Assembly (NCBI GenBank): GCA_045125935.1
Contig: JBGVNW010000041.1
Location: forward strand, 66,199-130,198
Direction: 5' to 3'
Length of the DNA stretch: 64,000 nucleotides
Source: Bacilli bacterium
GTDB lineage: Bacteria > Bacillota_I > Bacilli_A > RF39 > UBA660
Of this stretch, positions 63,401 through 64,000 are shown piece after piece (position 1 is the stretch's first letter; every line of letters begins with the position of its first letter). The notes beneath the pieces are model-generated. The model searched no databases, was not told where the DNA came from, and saw only the letters and a list, made by a program, of their open reading frames with translations. The position numbers and the translations under genes were made by a program.

Positions 63401-64000
63401 AAATATTTGAGAGTTTCTATAATTATACGAAAATTGATAATTTTGAAAGATTATCTAAATTAGAAATCTATTTTGGTCCAATATTACAAAATAGTACATA
63501 CTTTTTGTCAAAAGAAGCAAATAAATATCCTAGCATTGTTGCAGAATTAGTGGAAATAGTCTATAAAGACGAAGATGGGAATTCAAGTGATTATGTAGAA
63601 ATGGAAACAGTTGTTTCTACTTGTTTTGAAAAGTTACATAATTTAGAGATTGACTTTAATAATATCGATGCATTTAAATGGTGTGATGAATTTCTAGAAT
63701 TAATGAAAGAAAAGAAAAGAAGTCAAGTTATGTTTCATGTTTTAGGTCAATTATTGGCGAGAACTAATAATGATAAAGAAGATGGTATGTTTCCTTCTAA
63801 AATAGTTAGAAAAGTGATTGAACATTATAAATCTGATGATTTAGCAAGTTCATTTAAAATTGAAAAGTATAATCAAAGAGGTATGCATTTTATTGGTATT
63901 GGAGAAGAAGAATATTCTTTATATAAAAAGTATTCTGATTGGTCAAATAAAATGAAAATAGAATATCCTAAAACATCTAAAATTTTGAAAGACTTAGCGG
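60451..64000 (+). CDS. very large hypothetical protein (more than 1183 aa, 3' end outside window)
   Basis: ATG 60451 behind AAAGGAGC, with TAG at 60427 closing the frame upstream. I read frame 1 codon by codon to 63999 and found no stop. It is absent from the ORF track because it is open at the window edge. No Walker A motif seen. Confidence 0.85.
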   Translation, partial: MKLLKSSHLEEYVKNNKKLAESEFPYIIGRLLKNTVDGINGFDIPSGDNVIQIGFDGVIKFTGTNKYLGDKPVNIEIGTDADYISKANTDIKKRIPRKDQNFVFITPFRWNSRKKSKNDWILEKKALYDWNDIKIIDGSVLEDWIEEDISTTKYILNKINIDLNDIRTIDELEKQFSLKTKRNLDLNFFDYDDKGYEKLLSELKKDFYNVVASTREEGLFVTLFYLRKLKKTDEVLIINSYSAWQNIVINQISNNNILIPNFYHEDGLEVPKNNITIFIHDREELIKKSDYSIEQRTINNLHKALESYYKDDKQHIEYDEINTIIRKSLGRYIPLKRELFKEFIEPKWYKKENIKLYLYLFFINDFKTKDLKIFEEFNVDLDELQKMLNELVKEKDPYIVYYKYWDEYKVVDIYNVIEWLGPFIDEMSIDNLCKVARKVLFYLEPKYLPENIGKQYYVEKTAIREYSKVVKNGLLKGLIITKLFLQRENKVTLIKKLDDLIDQYYSIITTEGMFLSFANLADKLVEFNYEKFLKKVRDSLGNKEFEKMFDLTNKDIIFSSNEYCRIIFAIEKAIHKKDYIVDAIETLALLSEMNNANYKNMGNTPFNTLRDVFIGWDNLTCLDMNEKIVLLQQLINNHYELGKKLMKSLLPSRGGTWSPLQKPEFDVFDDVKPIKFVKEQKDYFEKYYLLYLNNYVNTLDDLVCIYEETYFIDFECFAAIKEKTIHLIANSSDEEKYKLKEEISEKLRGYEKFHNSAWNLSSSELEYYTFIKEQLVYENPIYDYVFLYQWHIFLDDVDISDLRVRAISLLNDNDNNEDLLLEKCDNKNALICDIYKYKHNCHHNIDFLKKLFDKYGDYVTSYLRMIYLNETVEEVISVFNSDKLNYLSLEKRIIILSHMGFNNLAYNEIKDSEAESYYWNKLNMFDGERNDFVYKLCLKYGNFDFCLDMLYEKADMYDEKCELLEKIRDSKVKASKLDEYKIEKIFESFYNYTKIDNFERLSKLEIYFGPILQNSTYFLSKEANKYPSIVAELVEIVYKDEDGNSSDYVEMETVVSTCFEKLHNLEIDFNNIDAFKWCDEFLELMKEKKRSQVMFHVLGQLLARTNNDKEDGMFPSKIVRKVIEHYKSDDLASSFKIEKYNQRGMHFIGIGEEEYSLYKKYSDWSNKMKIEYPKTSKILKDLA

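Overview
AT-rich, Firmicute-type chromosomal segment: it has PolC, a mreC-mreD-spoIVFA/B-like block and two CotY/CotZ-like genes, so the host is probably a spore former (inference). Most of the window is housekeeping: tRNA-Ala, carD-like, prsW-like, a SEDS protein, GH3 NagZ-like, an orphan histidine kinase, M29 aminopeptidase, rluB, GT2, ferredoxin, polC, rimP-nusA-ylxR-infB-rbfA and an ABC exporter. Four accessory patches interrupt it. (1) 4.2-11.6 kb is a type VIIb-secretion substrate module with no secretion machinery in the window. It holds Lap1/WXG100-like small proteins, three DUF4176 genes, a 1473-aa LXG-like repeat protein and an IS200 insertion. (2) 19.0-27.4 kb is the most unusual region. 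Two tandem type-I-toxin-like modules precede an operon made of an HTH plus catalytically degenerate Fic protein and nine head-to-tail, diverged paralogs of a ~240-aa minimal kinase-like protein. All nine keep the catalytic-loop Asp/Asn and the metal-binding Asp. I know of no described system with this architecture. (3) 37-41 kb holds a RhuM-Doc fusion, an integrase remnant fused to a MutS-domain-I-like module, and a VanY-TruB fusion. (4) 56.6-64 kb is a defence-island-like patch that begins at a thrS pseudogene remnant. It contains a candidate sRNA, a variant Fic, an AbiJ/HEPN-like gene, a tenth copy of the kinase family on the opposite strand, and an ORF of more than 1183 aa that runs off the window and is missing from the ORF track. 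No similarity search or structure prediction could be run. All family names rest on motifs read from the translations and on synteny.
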